This document shows positions 13,860 through 27,437 of a stretch of 64,000 bases of DNA, in pieces. Origin of the DNA: Lama glama (lineage: Eukaryota); the NCBI GenBank assembly GCA_028534125.1, contig CM052817.1, positions 65,474,001 through 65,538,000 on the forward strand, given 5' to 3'. Numbering within the stretch: position 1 is the first letter of the stretch; the number at the start of each line of letters is the position of its first letter. The position numbers and the translations under genes were made by a program. Under the pieces are notes generated by a model. The model was given only the letters and a program-made list of their open reading frames with translations, was not told the origin of the DNA and did no database searches.

Positions 13860-14350
13860 CTAGCTGAAGTTTTCCCACTTAGTAGAGTCACTTGAATGTC
13901 CCAGAAGCACTTCAACCTCAGCAAGTCTGAAAGGAAACCGCGACACTGCCTCCCAAACCTGTTCCCCCTCACTCTGTGATTCCAGTCTTTGCTGTTATCT
14001 CCGTGATCCATCCAGGCACTCGACCTGGAAGTGTGGGCATTATCTATACCCCTGACAGTCCTCATTCCCCAATGTCTACATTCACACAATCAGCACCTCT
14101 GGAGAACTGTATCTTCCATTCATTTTTCTGTTCAATTCTGCCTCTTCATCTCTCTCCCACTGTACCTGCAGACCTGGTGAAGCCCTCATCCTTTTTCTGG
14201 GGTATACTGCAATAGTCTTCTGTCTTCTCTGCTTCTGATCTTACTCCTCTTGAATGAATCTTCCACATTAAACATTCAGTGATGTGCCTCGAGCAATCTC
14301 ATCATACCCCACTTTTGATGAAAGCCCTTCACTGTTTCTTATCACCAGTG
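13860..14350 (+). mobile_element. L2 fragment
   Basis: cacttgaatgtcccagaagcacttcaacctcagcaagtc...aaacctgttcccc L2 motifs. Confidence 0.7.
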
Positions 14351-14386
14351 GGGCATCATTTGAGGTCTGTTGCTCAGGGTGACATT

Positions 14387-15183
14387 GTGAGTAACTATGT
14401 CTTGGCAACTTTCATGCTTTGCTGCTGTGTACTTATCATGAAGAAGAGTGAGCAGGCAGCTTTCCACTTCTCCACAGGACGGAGAGCCAGGGCTTTGGTT
14501 TATGACTTCAGGTTCCCTTGTTTGCAGGACAGAAACATCATTCTCTGCAGGTCCAAAAAGGTGCAGGAGAGGGAAGCTTCTTTGTCTCAAGTGGGGAGGG
14601 CAGTGGTCCACTGTGGCAGGGGGAGGATGCTGTGGTGCTGCTGATGGCAGTGCTGGTGGTTTGCCGGACTCTGGGAGGAGGAGGATGCTGGGGTGAGGGT
14701 GGGCAGTGGGACCAGGGTCGAGACCTGCATCTTGCTCCCTCGCAGCGTGGTTGGTGGAGGCAGGTCCTTCGGGAGGGATGGTTGCACTGCTGCCTTACAT
14801 GGGGCAGACCTGGACATGGGCTGCTGTAGCTTGGGGTCAGTTTGAAGACTAGAGAGTTGGACACGGGATTTACATCAAGACTTAGGCTGTGGAAAAGACT
14901 ATTAAGTGGGATATTTCTAATGTCCCCCCAGAGCATCTGTGGCCGACAGGTGGTCCAGCACAGGCCAGAGCATGGGGTAGCTCTAGAAGGAGAGCAATGA
15001 TTGCAAGGATGACTGTGAAACAGTCCCCTCTCTTAAATTCTGGACTTATTTCCTGGGTGCATTTTACATTCAAGGTCAGAGAGCCTTCCAAAATGAATAA
15101 ATGGCTTCTTGATGGCATTAATAAAAAGGAAAGAATCTGATTTTATTCTGCTTAGAAAAAGAAAATATTTCATTCTCACCACA
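14387..15183 (+). mobile_element. Probable old solo LTR, family not identified
   Basis: ~800-bp GC-richer block, TGT...ACA ends, two AATAAA near the 3' end, set between L2-like segments. No clear TSD. Confidence 0.4.
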
Positions 15184-15811
15184 TGAAGTCCTTTCTGATT
15201 TAGCTTAGCACAGGAAGCAAGACCTCCCACTATGTGGAGCCCGCAACTGCTTCGGCCCCACCGCCCAGCCCTTCTGGCCTTGAAATACATCTTCCAGGCC
15301 CAAGCTTCCCGTTATCTGAGGTGAAGGACCAGGGTGGTTTTCAAAAATTTCTAATCAGCTGCAAACTGATATTTTTTAAAAATACAATAACATGAATAAA
15401 ATATTGAAGTGATATCAGATTGCTATCCCAATTTTAAATGCTTACACTCAGTTTCTGCACTTAATCTCCTTGCGAAACAGAATCACGGTTCACTGACCCT
15501 GCAGCAGATGTGTACACACAGCTCCTGGCTAACCAGTTACTCGTGATTTTTTTCATACACCATGCAGTCTCACAGTTCTTTGCATTTACACATGCCATTC
15601 TCTGTGCCTAGAAAAGCCTCGGTCACTTTTTTTCTTATCCTGTAAGTTTCAACTCAAATACCGTCTTTGAGAAATTTGCCATTAAACTTCAATGGCCATC
15701 TTTACATACCACTATCTTATTACTTACCATATTCTATTCAAATGATCTTATTTGTCTTTCTCTTCACTCCTCTAAGCATTGTGAGGACAGTATCCATGTC
15801 ACATCCCTCTT

Positions 15812-16093
15812 TTTTTAATTTTTAGTTTGAGTTATTTATTTATTTATTTATTGAAGTATAGTCAGTTTACAGTGTTGCATCCGTTTCTGGAGTACAGCAT
15901 AATAGTTCAGTCATACACATACATACATATATTTGTTTTCACATTCTTTTCCATTATAGGTTACTATAAGATATTGAATATAGTTCCCTGTGCTCTACAG
16001 TAGAACCTTGTTGTTTATCTATTTTACATATAGTAGTTAGTATCTGCAAATCTCAAAGTCCCAATTTATCCATTCCCATCCCCTTTCCCACCT
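15812..16093 (-). mobile_element. 5'-truncated younger L1 3' end with 10-bp TSD catccctctt
   Basis: TSD at 15802-15811 and 16094-16103; T tail; ttgaagtatagtcagtttaca...atagttccctgtgct. Confidence 0.88.
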
Positions 16094-19000
16094 CATCCCT
16101 CTTAATACTTGGCCTAGTATTGGCAAGGAGCGAGATCTCTGTCACTTTTTCTTCCAACGGAACCATAATCGTCTGTGGGTGAGTTTCCAAGTGAAGTTAA
16201 GAGTTTGCAGCATCGATCAGCTAGGTAAACATCTAGATTTGTTGAGCAGGATAATGCTCATGATGAATGGTGCATCAATCATTTTTTTGCAAGATCGGAA
16301 ACCAATATAGGAACAAACTGGAGTTTTCATCAGCATGTACTCTACACTGATAATCTTTCTCAAGAAATGGATTTTGCTTGCTTCATTAGTGATTTTATTT
16401 ATTAGTTGATAGTTTCAATTTGAATCTCCATACCAGTATCAGCGTTTGCTTTCTTTCAGACATTATAATCTCTAAAATTCAGTGTATTGGCTTCAATGAT
16501 AATAGAGAACTTTATGGTCACTGAATCTCTCACAACCCTAACATTTTATAAATTTGTAATTCTTCTAAAAAATTAATGGTCACTTTAATAATAAAGTATC
16601 ATGTTAGCTTCATTAACCATACTGACAACACTTTATAAACAAAAGAGCACAGTGGTCTTAGGAGAAAAGATCATTCTGTCCTCATTACATAGATGTGAAA
16701 CCCAGTGCAAAGCATTGCTAAGAAATGCGTTCAGGGTCATGCATTAGGATCGAAAAATAAATCTCTTTACTTATGATGCTGTCTTTTCAGTCCTCATTAT
16801 TTCATTTTAAAATGTAAGAAAAATAATTGAAAAACGAGTTAAGTTCTTCTGGAAGTTTACAGAGATGCTTTTAGATTATCAAGGGTATCATTTAGAAAAT
16901 AATGGAAGTACAGTGAATTGTACCTGGGAGAAAAATAGAAGTGGGTAACGTTTCACTTTGTTAAGGGTCTGTGGGATGAGACTTTCATACAAGCCAGTGG
17001 TCTTGCTGCCCCTTGGTTCTTCATTGAGCCGAAGCGCCCTTCCTTACTTCCTAAGCTGTCAGGTGGCTTGGAACAGGGCTGACCCAGATGTACCAGGTCC
17101 CCTCCCTTCTACAGCCCAAATTAGTCTCAGAACATTCAAATGGCTTTCTGTTTAGTCCTAAAATTGTACCCCCTCCCACATTTAACATTATCTTAGACAT
17201 GTTTACACGTAAATAAAAATTGTCTCAAGAATTACTTTTGCTGGTTGTATAATGTCATCGATTGGTTGAAACATAATTTATTTGAAATTTCCATACCATT
17301 AGACATGCTGTTTCTAAATGTTTGCTACCGTTCCTTGTATTTTAATCTTTAATCACATTCAAATAATTTCCTTATGAAAAGTTCCTAAAAGTGAAGTTAC
17401 TAGCTGACAAATGTGAATATTTTAAGTCCCTTAGTTAGTATTATCAAACAGTTCTTCAGAAAGATTAATCCAATTTATACTTTCAAATGCAGCATATGGA
17501 ATAGTTGCTTCACCAGTATTATTTTTTAAAAATAAAAGAAAGAAAGCTCAAGTAAATTGAAGGTTATAATTTTTTTGATCTTAATTCATATTTTTGATTA
17601 GTAATAGTATAGGACCTCTTCTCTACTTTTATATTACTATTTCTATTTCATCCTCTATGAATTGTCGGCTCATTTTTAAATTTTCCAATTCGTATAAATG
17701 CCTTTGTATGTTTAGGATATTAATTAGTTGGCCTCATATTTATGACAAACATTTCCCCAATTTATAATTTATAATTTTCTTTAGGATAAGTTTTTTTAAT
17801 GTTTGGAGGTTTTAAGTCATGATGTGGTAGAATTCCTGCCTTTACTGTTAAATTTTCTTATATTGTTTCGTGTTTTGAAAATTCTTAATCAGACGTGTAG
17901 TAAAATCTAACTGATCTTCTTTCTCTTTTTTTACCTGCAGTTCTTTATACATTTTCCCTATATAGATATTATTAGCTAATGTCCTCACTTTCACACTCAT
18001 TATTACCTGGTTTGTTCAGACCACTTGCTGGCATCAATAAGAAAAGGATGTGTTTGCCTGCTCTACATTTTCACGGAGAAATTCTGGCCTCAGCAGAAGC
18101 TCTATGTAATCAAATCAATTCCTTTAGCTGTGTTATCCTTGTCACTCCTTGTTATAAGAGAATTAATCTCAGAAGAAGATAACAGACTATTTGCATTGTA
18201 AATGGGCACAAATATGTGTAAAAATACATACAGCTAATATGTCTCTAATCTTTGTGTCCAGTGGCCTTCAAAACATGACACAAGTTGTTTTTGCACTAAT
18301 AGGCATTTTGAGGGTGCCATCAGCTACTAGCTGGGACCAAAGTGAGTTATACAGGAAAAGTTTAAGCTAAAATAATCATTTTTTTATTCTTAAGAAATCA
18401 TGGTCCCTAAATTATAGCAATAAATCTACAGTGAAAGGATAATATTTTCTGAAGCTCCTATCAACCTTCCTCCTGTGGACATAAAAGTCTCAGAGATTTT
18501 AGAACTAGTTTGATGAATTGTATCAATCATGTCCATATAGCTGTAAATTTTTTTCTCTAATTATTTTCTTATTTCTTGTGTCTGATTTCATGTTCTCACT
18601 AGACAAAGCTTTGCAGCGAGGGCAAGGATCATAGATGAAAAGTATTTTGGAATTCCTGTCTGCACTGCCAAATTACATTAAATATAATATTCTGCACAAA
18701 ATAGATGATCATTATAGGAAGCAGTAAGCATTAAATACATCTAAAAATTTCTACTGAGATGAAAATTTTAAACATGAGTGAATGTTTCTATCAGGGTTTG
18801 CTACTGAGTACAGATCCAAAGACTTCTCAACTTCTTTTCTCAACTTCTAGTTCTGATAAATACGTTCCTACTTATCCTGAATTTCTGAGTTGGTATCTGA
18901 TTTCTAGCTGATAACCTAGAAAGCAATTACTCACTGGTTACTACATTTAAAGTACAGTGGTTGCTGAGAAATATATTGAAAAAGGGTGAGACAAATAGGC

Positions 19001-20047
19001 AATAGAATTAACAGATGTCAAATGTGCTTCTTCCCATTACTTTCTGATATTTACCCTTCAGAACATCGTTATGTAATTCCACAATTACTCAGAAAGGCGA
19101 CAGAAGCAATTTGCCTCTGCAAATCAAAAGACATGAAATCAGACACTAGGAATATTTTTGTAAAGTACAAAAGCTGAAAGAAAAGGGAGCTGGAGGATAA
19201 TTCATTTTGTCCTCGTCTCCTATACACTTCTTTCTCTTTCCAACTGAACAGAAGACTTTGTCTTCCTCCAAATTGGACAATTAGTCACTAAGATTTGAGC
19301 ATTCTGATCATCTAGAAAGCATCCTTGTATCAACCACAGGGTTGCAAAGAAACCATAGCTGGTATGGAAGGAGGTTTTCCATGCACTAGCGAGGGCTGAA
19401 CCACGAGTCTCCATGAATTCCTCAAACTTCTCTGCTTCTTGACTCTTGCATCTGACAGTCCTTTGCAAAAAAGGACAGGCAAACTTCCCGCTTCCTCTCA
19501 TCCTAACCCACCCCTTGCTGGCTGGAGAAGGATGAAATTCTGACACTGATGCATATGTCTGGATGACACACACTCCTTTGTCTATGTCTCCGCTCCCTGT
19601 CAGAGAAGTGTGGCTGGCATCACTTACTCAACAGACACTCGATGAGTATCCGTAACAGCGCTGCATTAGTGCTGGGAAGTAGACGTGGGTAGTGGACATA
19701 GCAGTGATATTCCTCCCAATGGACACTACCCAGCATGACTACCATTGTGGTCAGGCCAATTCTTGGCATATACCAATTTATTTGTTCTTTTGCCTTTTTA
19801 CTGTTAGTTGCCAAAGGCCACATTTTCCTGCAGGTTCTAAAAATTACCAAACACTAATTGGGAGGGCACTTATTCAATGCTTCTTGTGAAAACTAAAGTC
19901 GGAAGGAAATTTTCTTACCCAATTCTAGGAAAGCAAACCACAATCGCACGCTGAGCTGGGAAGGGTAATTCCCGCGGGCCTGAAATTGGCCTGACTGCTG
20001 TACTGAAATAAGACATGTACCAGCGTTGCACTGACTCCTGGTCAAAG

Positions 20048-20613
20048 TGTGGAACCTGCAGAATAACAGTTGCTGCAGAAAACCAGTATCCCAAGTTTTG
20101 AGCAGTTTTAATTATTTATTGATTAGCAATAATTGTAATGAGATTGATCACTTTGCATCTGCTCTCACTGAGACACCTGGAGGGCTCTGCCACTCATGCA
20201 GTTATATAGCTGGAATATGCCTATGTGAGTATCTGGGTACAAGAAACCCTGGTGGAGAGCGTACGTTGGATCACTTTGTTTGAGGTACTCTGTGCACACA
20301 CCCATGGTTCCCGGTCCCAGAGAGAAAGCACATCCCGGTACGGTCCTTAGCCGGGAGGACAACTGGCCCTCCTACCGGGCATCACTGGACCCCTAGCCCT
20401 GAGCCAGCCTTTGGCTGTGACGCACATCCTTACTTTAATGCAGCTGCTGCGTCATACTCTCTTCCTGCAATAAACTGCAAGTTTGTCAGCACTGACATTT
20501 TGGGTCCTGTGAGTCTTCCTCAGCAACAGAACTCTGTCTAACCACCACTGTTAGTTAGTGTGTGTACTGACCCAGGCAGAGGCAAACTGCATCTGTGAGA
20601 AAACGTTACCGAC
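20048..20613 (+). mobile_element. ERVL-class solo LTR
   Basis: TGTGG...GACA ends; ctgcaataaactg poly(A) region followed by gggtcctgtgagtcttcc, typical of ERVL-type U5. Confidence 0.6.
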
Positions 20614-20906
20614 AGGCAGAAAGAGCGAACTGTATCATTCCTGAGGTAGGCAGGGCAACTGGAAGAATCTGCTACAGCCCCCAAGACACTCATTTCTCTG
20701 GCAAGTCTTCTTAGAGTTTGTTTTTTAGACAAATGGAAAATGATGGCTTCACTGACACAAGCCATTAACTTTTCAGCTTTTAAAATCTTTAAAAATAATC
20801 TGAGCTGCAGCAAGCTAACAAAACAGATATTAATGAGCATCTCAGTGAATGAAATTAGAAAACTTACATATTTATTGCCCAGGTGTGGAGAGGATTCATC
20901 AAGCTG

Positions 20907-20941
20907 TCAGTTCTTGGTTTTTCCTTGTGCTGAATGCTCAC
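20907..20941 (-). CDS. EMCN: EMCN exon 11 coding part, GEHSAQGKTKN*; the exon continues as 39 nt of UTR to 20868
   Basis: Acceptor atcttctgcttttag|, TGA at 20909-20907, donor TAT|gtaagt at 20867. C-terminus matches human. Confidence 0.97.
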
Positions 20942-23900
20942 CTAAAAGCAGAAGATACATTTGGATCTATAAGCTCAGAGAGCGAATCAGGATGAAAATA
21001 AAGTTTCTTGGCTTGTGTTTTGTTTTTCAACGGAAGTCTAATTTTCCTTCCAGAATGTCATTAGAACCGCAGTTTATGTCTTGGTATTGCCTGGAAATTG
21101 TTCACCAAGATTTATGAGCTTTTTTCAGCCATTGTTTGTGTTCACCCTGGAGGAGCAATGCTTACTCACTCCCTGGGAGCAGGGGGCGTGAGTTGGGAGG
21201 TGAAAACAAGGGAGGCCCCGAGGGAATGAGTTACTGACTTTTGCTTGTTCTAGGAGCTGGCTCTGCCTAAGCAGAGCTATGTCATATATTTGAAGTGCCG
21301 TTTTATCAGGAAGACGTTCTAGGCACCTCTGTTGAATTAATTCAGTGAGTTTCGTGAAAATGAATGTATAGGTCAACACAAATACTTTGGTGACATACAA
21401 AACAGCCCAGGGACCATTACTCACAGTAACAGCTATTCCATTGTCCAATCTAAAGATAAATATTAACTGAGGATGATGGGAAGCTGGGAGACCCCAAGCA
21501 TTCTTCCATTCTACTGGATCTGTGGTCACAGCATTTCCCATTGCCTGTGTCTTTCAGGTAGATTCAAGTATCAACATCAGCCACATGATATAAAAGCATC
21601 AGGGGTCAAAGTCTCCAGCCTTGAGAATAAATGTCATCGTTTTGCTCCAGCTTTTATCTGCCAGTTAGGAAACCAGTCTTCTGGGGACTCCACTGATCTC
21701 ACCTATCACCTGCATGGGCCTGGCGATACTAAGCAGTGCTGGAGACCTGTGAGGACAACCCCAGGACTCCCCTTTAAGAGCTCCTTAGGTCTTGTGCCCT
21801 GAGGAATGCCAAGCACGGAGCACAGCCCTCACAGCCCCTACCCCAGCACAGCCCTCTGCTCACTATTGTGTATTTTGCAAAAGGCACAGCACCTCCTGGA
21901 ATCCATGGCTGTAAAGTGCAGGAATGAGAAGTTAAAAAAAAAAAAAAAGAGAGAGAGAAAGAAAGAAATATTTATTGAACTGCTTGTGTCTGCCAGAAGT
22001 CATGCAAAGCAAACCATATGAAAATCATTACAGTTCTTAATATCTCCCTAAATATCTTCTAAAGTCTGTCTAATTGGGAACAGAAAATGTGGAAAGATTC
22101 AAAAATCATACGATTCCAATAAGAGTTACAATAATGATACGTGGTAAAAGCAAGCAAAATACATACAGACGTAGAACAAAACAACTGGAAGAAAATACAC
22201 CAAATGCCAACAGTGATTCTATCACGTTTGTCTCTCATACGTAACTTTTAATTCTATTCTCTATTTTTCTTTATTCTCCCTTATGCATCATGTGGCCAAA
22301 TACTAAAATGGCAGTTTAAGCCATGAACAGATATTACAGGGCAGTGATGCATGCTGACTTGCCAAACCAACAATAAGAGGCAAGAAAGACCATGGACATT
22401 TGGGACATTCAGGGAAGCCTGGTGTGAATACAGAGACTGAGTCCAGTATTGAAGGACTGAGAAGACAGAATCTATGTATGGCTTTCTAAATCTATGAATC
22501 CTTTGCTTATCTTTATACTTTAGTTCATTTCTAGTTGTTAATGAACTTTTATTTGTAAAAACAAACAAAAAGACTGTACATTTATGAGTAATTACCATAA
22601 TATACTAATTAGTATTAGTATACTAATAATATGTGAATAATGTTTAATGACCAGCTAGGAGGGGGAGGTGGGAGTGACTAAGGGGATCAGCGCACTGTCC
22701 CCTCCTTCAGGAGCGCTTGAGGTCAGTGAGGAAGATGGGGGATAGGAGATGAGTGAGACCTGGGGAAAATATGTTATTAAGTGGTTCAGAAATTGAACAA
22801 GAGAAGGCTTGGTACATCACAGAAGGCCTTGTAGACATGCTAAAGTATTTGCACTTAATCTAAGGTAACGCAAACTAATCAGAGTTTTCCAATCAGAGGA
22901 AAATTATAATGAATTCAGATCTGCTTTTTTCTTTTTCTAAGTAGTTCAAAATCAAATAGTGCTTTAAAATTAAATTCAGTGATACCGTGTTTTCTTTCTT
23001 TTGTGGAATCATGTATTCCTTAATTTAGACTAGTTTCTTTCATAATTGTTATAGCCTTACATGTTAAAATGAGATAATGTCTATTAACTTTCTGAGATGT
23101 ACAAGTGGGAATTACGTTTAAAATGCATCATGTCACATGCATATTTTGCAGTCAATCATGGTGATGTTTAACTTGGCAAGATTTCTCACTAAACCTTAAT
23201 GAGATCTTACATGTTCTCATAAAGGACTCCTTGATCTGCTATTTTTGGAGCTCATTTTTTTCTGGAAACACATTCTTGTTTATAGCCTAGAAGGCTTTCT
23301 CTTTTACCTTAAAGAAAGCTTCCAATTGAAATAATCACATTTTAAACATTTATGGGCTACATTTTTAACAGAAGGACCTTGCTTGAGAGAGAACATATTT
23401 AGAGGAAGCAGGAAGTGTGCGTGGTTGAATATCATGGCCAGTCAGAGAAGGAGGAGGATCTGGGGCAAGGAACTGCCTTATCAGGAGAAAATATTGAGAA
23501 CAATAATCATTACTCATAAAGGCTTGTAGAAACCCAGAAAAGTTAGCATCCTCTGGCATTCCACCTGAAGGTAGGTTTCTGCAGAGCTCTGTTTCCTTGG
23601 AGATATGGTTTATTGACCTCTAAAATGGCAAAATTTATTTTGAGATATAAGACCAGAGTTTATAAATTGAAGTACTGACCAATCCAGTGAATTCTTAAGA
23701 CCACTGAAGCTCAAATGTCATGTTGTTACCCACTTCAGTATATTAATTAACACTGTGTTTCTTAGGCCAAGCAGCAGCTAACATAAAATGTAACAATCAC
23801 CAATTCTGAGTGGTGGGTAGTCACACATTTGTTCTATCAAATTCTTTTCTGTATTTTTAACTGTTTAAAAAATTTATACAGGAGATAATAGAAATTTGGG

Positions 23901-26165
23901 CTACATCTGTAAACTTATATAAAACCTCATTTCAGATTTTATTCTAGTTGTATTTTAGGAAAGATGCCACTAGTAGGATGTTTGAGTAAAAATATTTCTA
24001 ATAATGTAACTTCTGTTGCGTGTGGTGAGCCTAGTTTTATAAAGAAAGCACGTTTGAGTAAGTTTTGAAAGACGGTGGGAAGAGATTTGATTGTATGTGT
24101 TTTAGGAGTCAGTAAGTCCTGTTAATGGCGGACAGACTTTAACAAAGACTGTGGTAGTACAAAGGGCATTTGGAGTTCATTATGTTTGAGATGATTAACT
24201 CTAGGCTATTGAAATCAACTCCGAATCACCAATCTCAGTTTTGCCCTATAACCAAATATTTTCTATGTTAATCAGCTAGGTTGACCTTTGAGAGGTTATT
24301 TCATTAAAAGAGATGTGCTTCCTAATTTAAGGTTGGCAGAAATAGAAGTACCAGAGACTAGATCTTACTATTTCAATAATAATATTTCTTCCTTAGACCT
24401 GTGACCTGAAAAGTTACTTATGAAGAAAAAGAAGTTTGGAGAGTTAAGAGTCTTAATCATCCCACCACGATTTATCCACTTATTACTGTAGTTACTATGA
24501 GAGTGGGAGATGGAATTAATCTTACATAGAATTTTCCTTAGGCCTTAATGAAGAATCAGATACCACATGTGCAACCAAGAAATACAAGGTTCTCTGGGGT
24601 TTTCCCCTCCTGGAAGCCTCAATTGTCATTTCCCTGGGAGAAGCAGGTGGTGGAGCAAATGGTCCTGGTCCCAGCCCACTCCTCACAAGGAGAACAGGGA
24701 CTCCTATGCAGAGGCTTCCAAACCACGGCTTGGAGAGCCCCAGAGGCTGCTGAGTGTTTAATGAAATTTCCAAGGGAATAAAGGACAGTGCGTGAAATCA
24801 CTGTGATGCGGCTTTACGAGCCACAGGCAGACTCAGAACTTTCCTTGATAAACGGTGGAGTCACACTCAAGGTCCTTCATGAGCTTACTCGAGACTAGTT
24901 CACATTTAGCCTGACCAGTAGAATAGGCTTGGCTGCTTAGTCAAGGCTGGAAAATAGCCAGGGGACACCGGTGAGTGGTCTCTGATTATCCTATGGGCGA
25001 ATTTTACTCTTTTGCTCATTCAGATGGTTATATTCAGGAGAACAGTGGGGGAATAAAGAAATGTGTACATCAAAGAACAGAAGAGATATGAGGATGAGAG
25101 CCTCTCAAAGGAAAATGGCTCATGTGAGGAGTTTGGCCATGTCTGAAGATTTTGGATGTTCTTGCTTTTCAACTCTTCTGTTTGTCTGTTGTACTTTGTT
25201 TGAGTTGGAATTTCCTACCTGAAATTGGGACCACATTCAGCCTTTGACATCTTGCTCTTGAATTGGGACTATATTTATAACCTTATATTTTACAAAATTG
25301 TTTTTTGCAACATATTTATAATGTCATTTATCATTCAACAGTTCTCACTTTACATAACATGTGTTCTGAGACTATGTTGTATAGGTAAAATTGAGAGGGC
25401 AGAATACTTTAAGTGTTTTTAATGTCACCTGATATTTAAATTAGAGCTACATGGATTGTTTTGTAAAACTAATTATTACTTTGTATTTATCTGTTTTGTC
25501 AAATTGATGTTTTAAATACTTGGTCTACTCAAAATGAAAAAAGTAATCTACTTTTTTAATATTTAAAAGCTATCTAGCCTCTCATTTTTCATCGCCCTTG
25601 GTATAAATATAACTCATACAAGTCATATCTATATTTTGAAAACTTTTACATTTCAAACCAAACAAAATCAAAACCTAAGAAGTTGGAAAAAAGAAGTATA
25701 AACTTTACCAACAGGAAATTATGTTTTGTTCTTACTGAGAAGCTCAATTAAAATTATATGAAATGGTGTAAAATATGATTTACATTTTATATGATGAATC
25801 CTGGTTCCATTCGACTATATAGTCATTACCAAAAATGAAACAAATCCACAGCAATAATACATTTTTAAAAACCCTGTAGCATACTTAATTTTTTATGCCA
25901 CTACTGCAGAATAGAAATGCCTCGTCACCACCCATTCCTTAGAACATGTCTATACTCAGCCTCTGAAAGCCACAGTCTAACAATCTTACCAAAAATAATA
26001 TTTCTACAGCTCATCTTTCCTTCATAGGAGAATTTTCTGTTTCTTGGGAGTTAATAATCGTCTATTTCTAAGAAGTTATGCTTTTTGGTTATGTTCACAT
26101 GAACAAAATCCAAGTTAGATTTTGAAATAACCATTTTTCATCTAATCAACAATCTGGGAGCTTAC

Positions 26166-26227
26166 CAGACTCATGAGAAATTGTCTTAACAGTGAGAAGC
26201 TTCACACTCTCTTTATCGGACTGAGGC
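26166..26227 (-). CDS. EMCN: EMCN exon 10 (62 nt), PQSDKESVKLLTVKTISHES
   Basis: Acceptor ttctgttccaaatag|, donor CTG|gtaagc. Matches the conserved cytoplasmic tail and is visible inside ORF 26146..26334. Confidence 0.98.
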
Positions 26228-27412
26228 CTATTTGGAACAGAAAACGTTTGAGTTAACACCACAGTAATTAGCATTACATATCTGTAAAAGAAAGTAAACA
26301 TGATATAAACAGAAAGAAGAAAATACACATGCATAGATATATATTGTTTTATGTGTTTCTACAGCAAAATCTGTGTCTCTTCACATACAAACTCACAGAC
26401 ACTTTGATAGCAATTTCACTTCTGGAATCAAGCCAAAAAACCTGGGTCATTCTGTTACAGTGATGATCATCAGATAAATTCAACATCAAGATGCGTCACA
26501 AGAAACACCTGTCACAAGCTCCACGTTGCACATGCCCCCAGTTCTGTGAATTGTGAAGGGGAAGATACAGAAATATCTCCAAACCTTTTGGACTGATGCT
26601 GAGTTCTGGGGACATTCGTTTTCATGAGGTCGTGATAACTGCAGGGTAGTGTCTGAACTGTCTATTTTAATTAAGAGCTCCCATCTATCCCTTCTCTGAT
26701 TGGAAATAGTTTCAAACTCCAATCCCTCTCCTTGGGCATCTCAAGAACCTCTACTTTTAATTAAGAAGGGTAGGTGACGTAGGGGCATTGTTCTTAAAGT
26801 TCACAATCCAATGAACACACATGAACACCCATAAAAAGGCAGGCTACAAAGTCAGGTCAACACAGAAAACTTAACCACAGAATGTGGTTTTGACATTGAA
26901 ATATTTTGTCTGTGCAGCACCTTTAGTGTAACAGTTGGCTGGAGTGCTAACAACTGTTTTACGTGTTTTAATAAAGTCAAAGCAGAGAAACCATCTGCTG
27001 TTAAAGGAAAGCCACCCAGAGCCGTATCAAGGTGCAGCCATGATTCTTCCCAAATCGTGAGAAACATATTGAGATTTTCAATAGGAAAACTATTTTAAAA
27101 CTCTAAATATGTATTCTATGAATTTCTCCTCGTGGTTATAGCCATTCCTCTATCTTCCATTTCAACGTTTGATTTCTGATTTTACGACTTCACTCAAGCT
27201 TAAGAGCAATCTTCGCTTTTAGTTGGAATTTCTCTGTTGAATAGAGAGAGAGCTCTCTGATAATAGTTAGCCAAATGCTGTATGTCGTGCTTTCTACACA
27301 AATATTTTAAGAAACAAAAGAAAAGGTATGAGTAGAGTATCAATACTTTTCCCTATGTAAACAATAGGGTCAGAGTTTCTAGGGGAAACAACAGAGATGT
27401 GGCATTACTTAC

Positions 27413-27437
27413 TGGTCATTTCCATTTTCCGGGGTGC
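27413..27437 (-). CDS. EMCN: EMCN exon 9 (25-nt micro-exon), GTPENGNDQ
   Basis: Acceptor cctcctcttctag|, donor CCA|gtaagt. Same peptide as human. Confidence 0.96.

Noticed and set aside
22600..22630. Overlapping AT-rich palindromes (ATACTAATTAGTAT)
   Set aside because: Short and low-complexity, expected by chance in AT-rich DNA.
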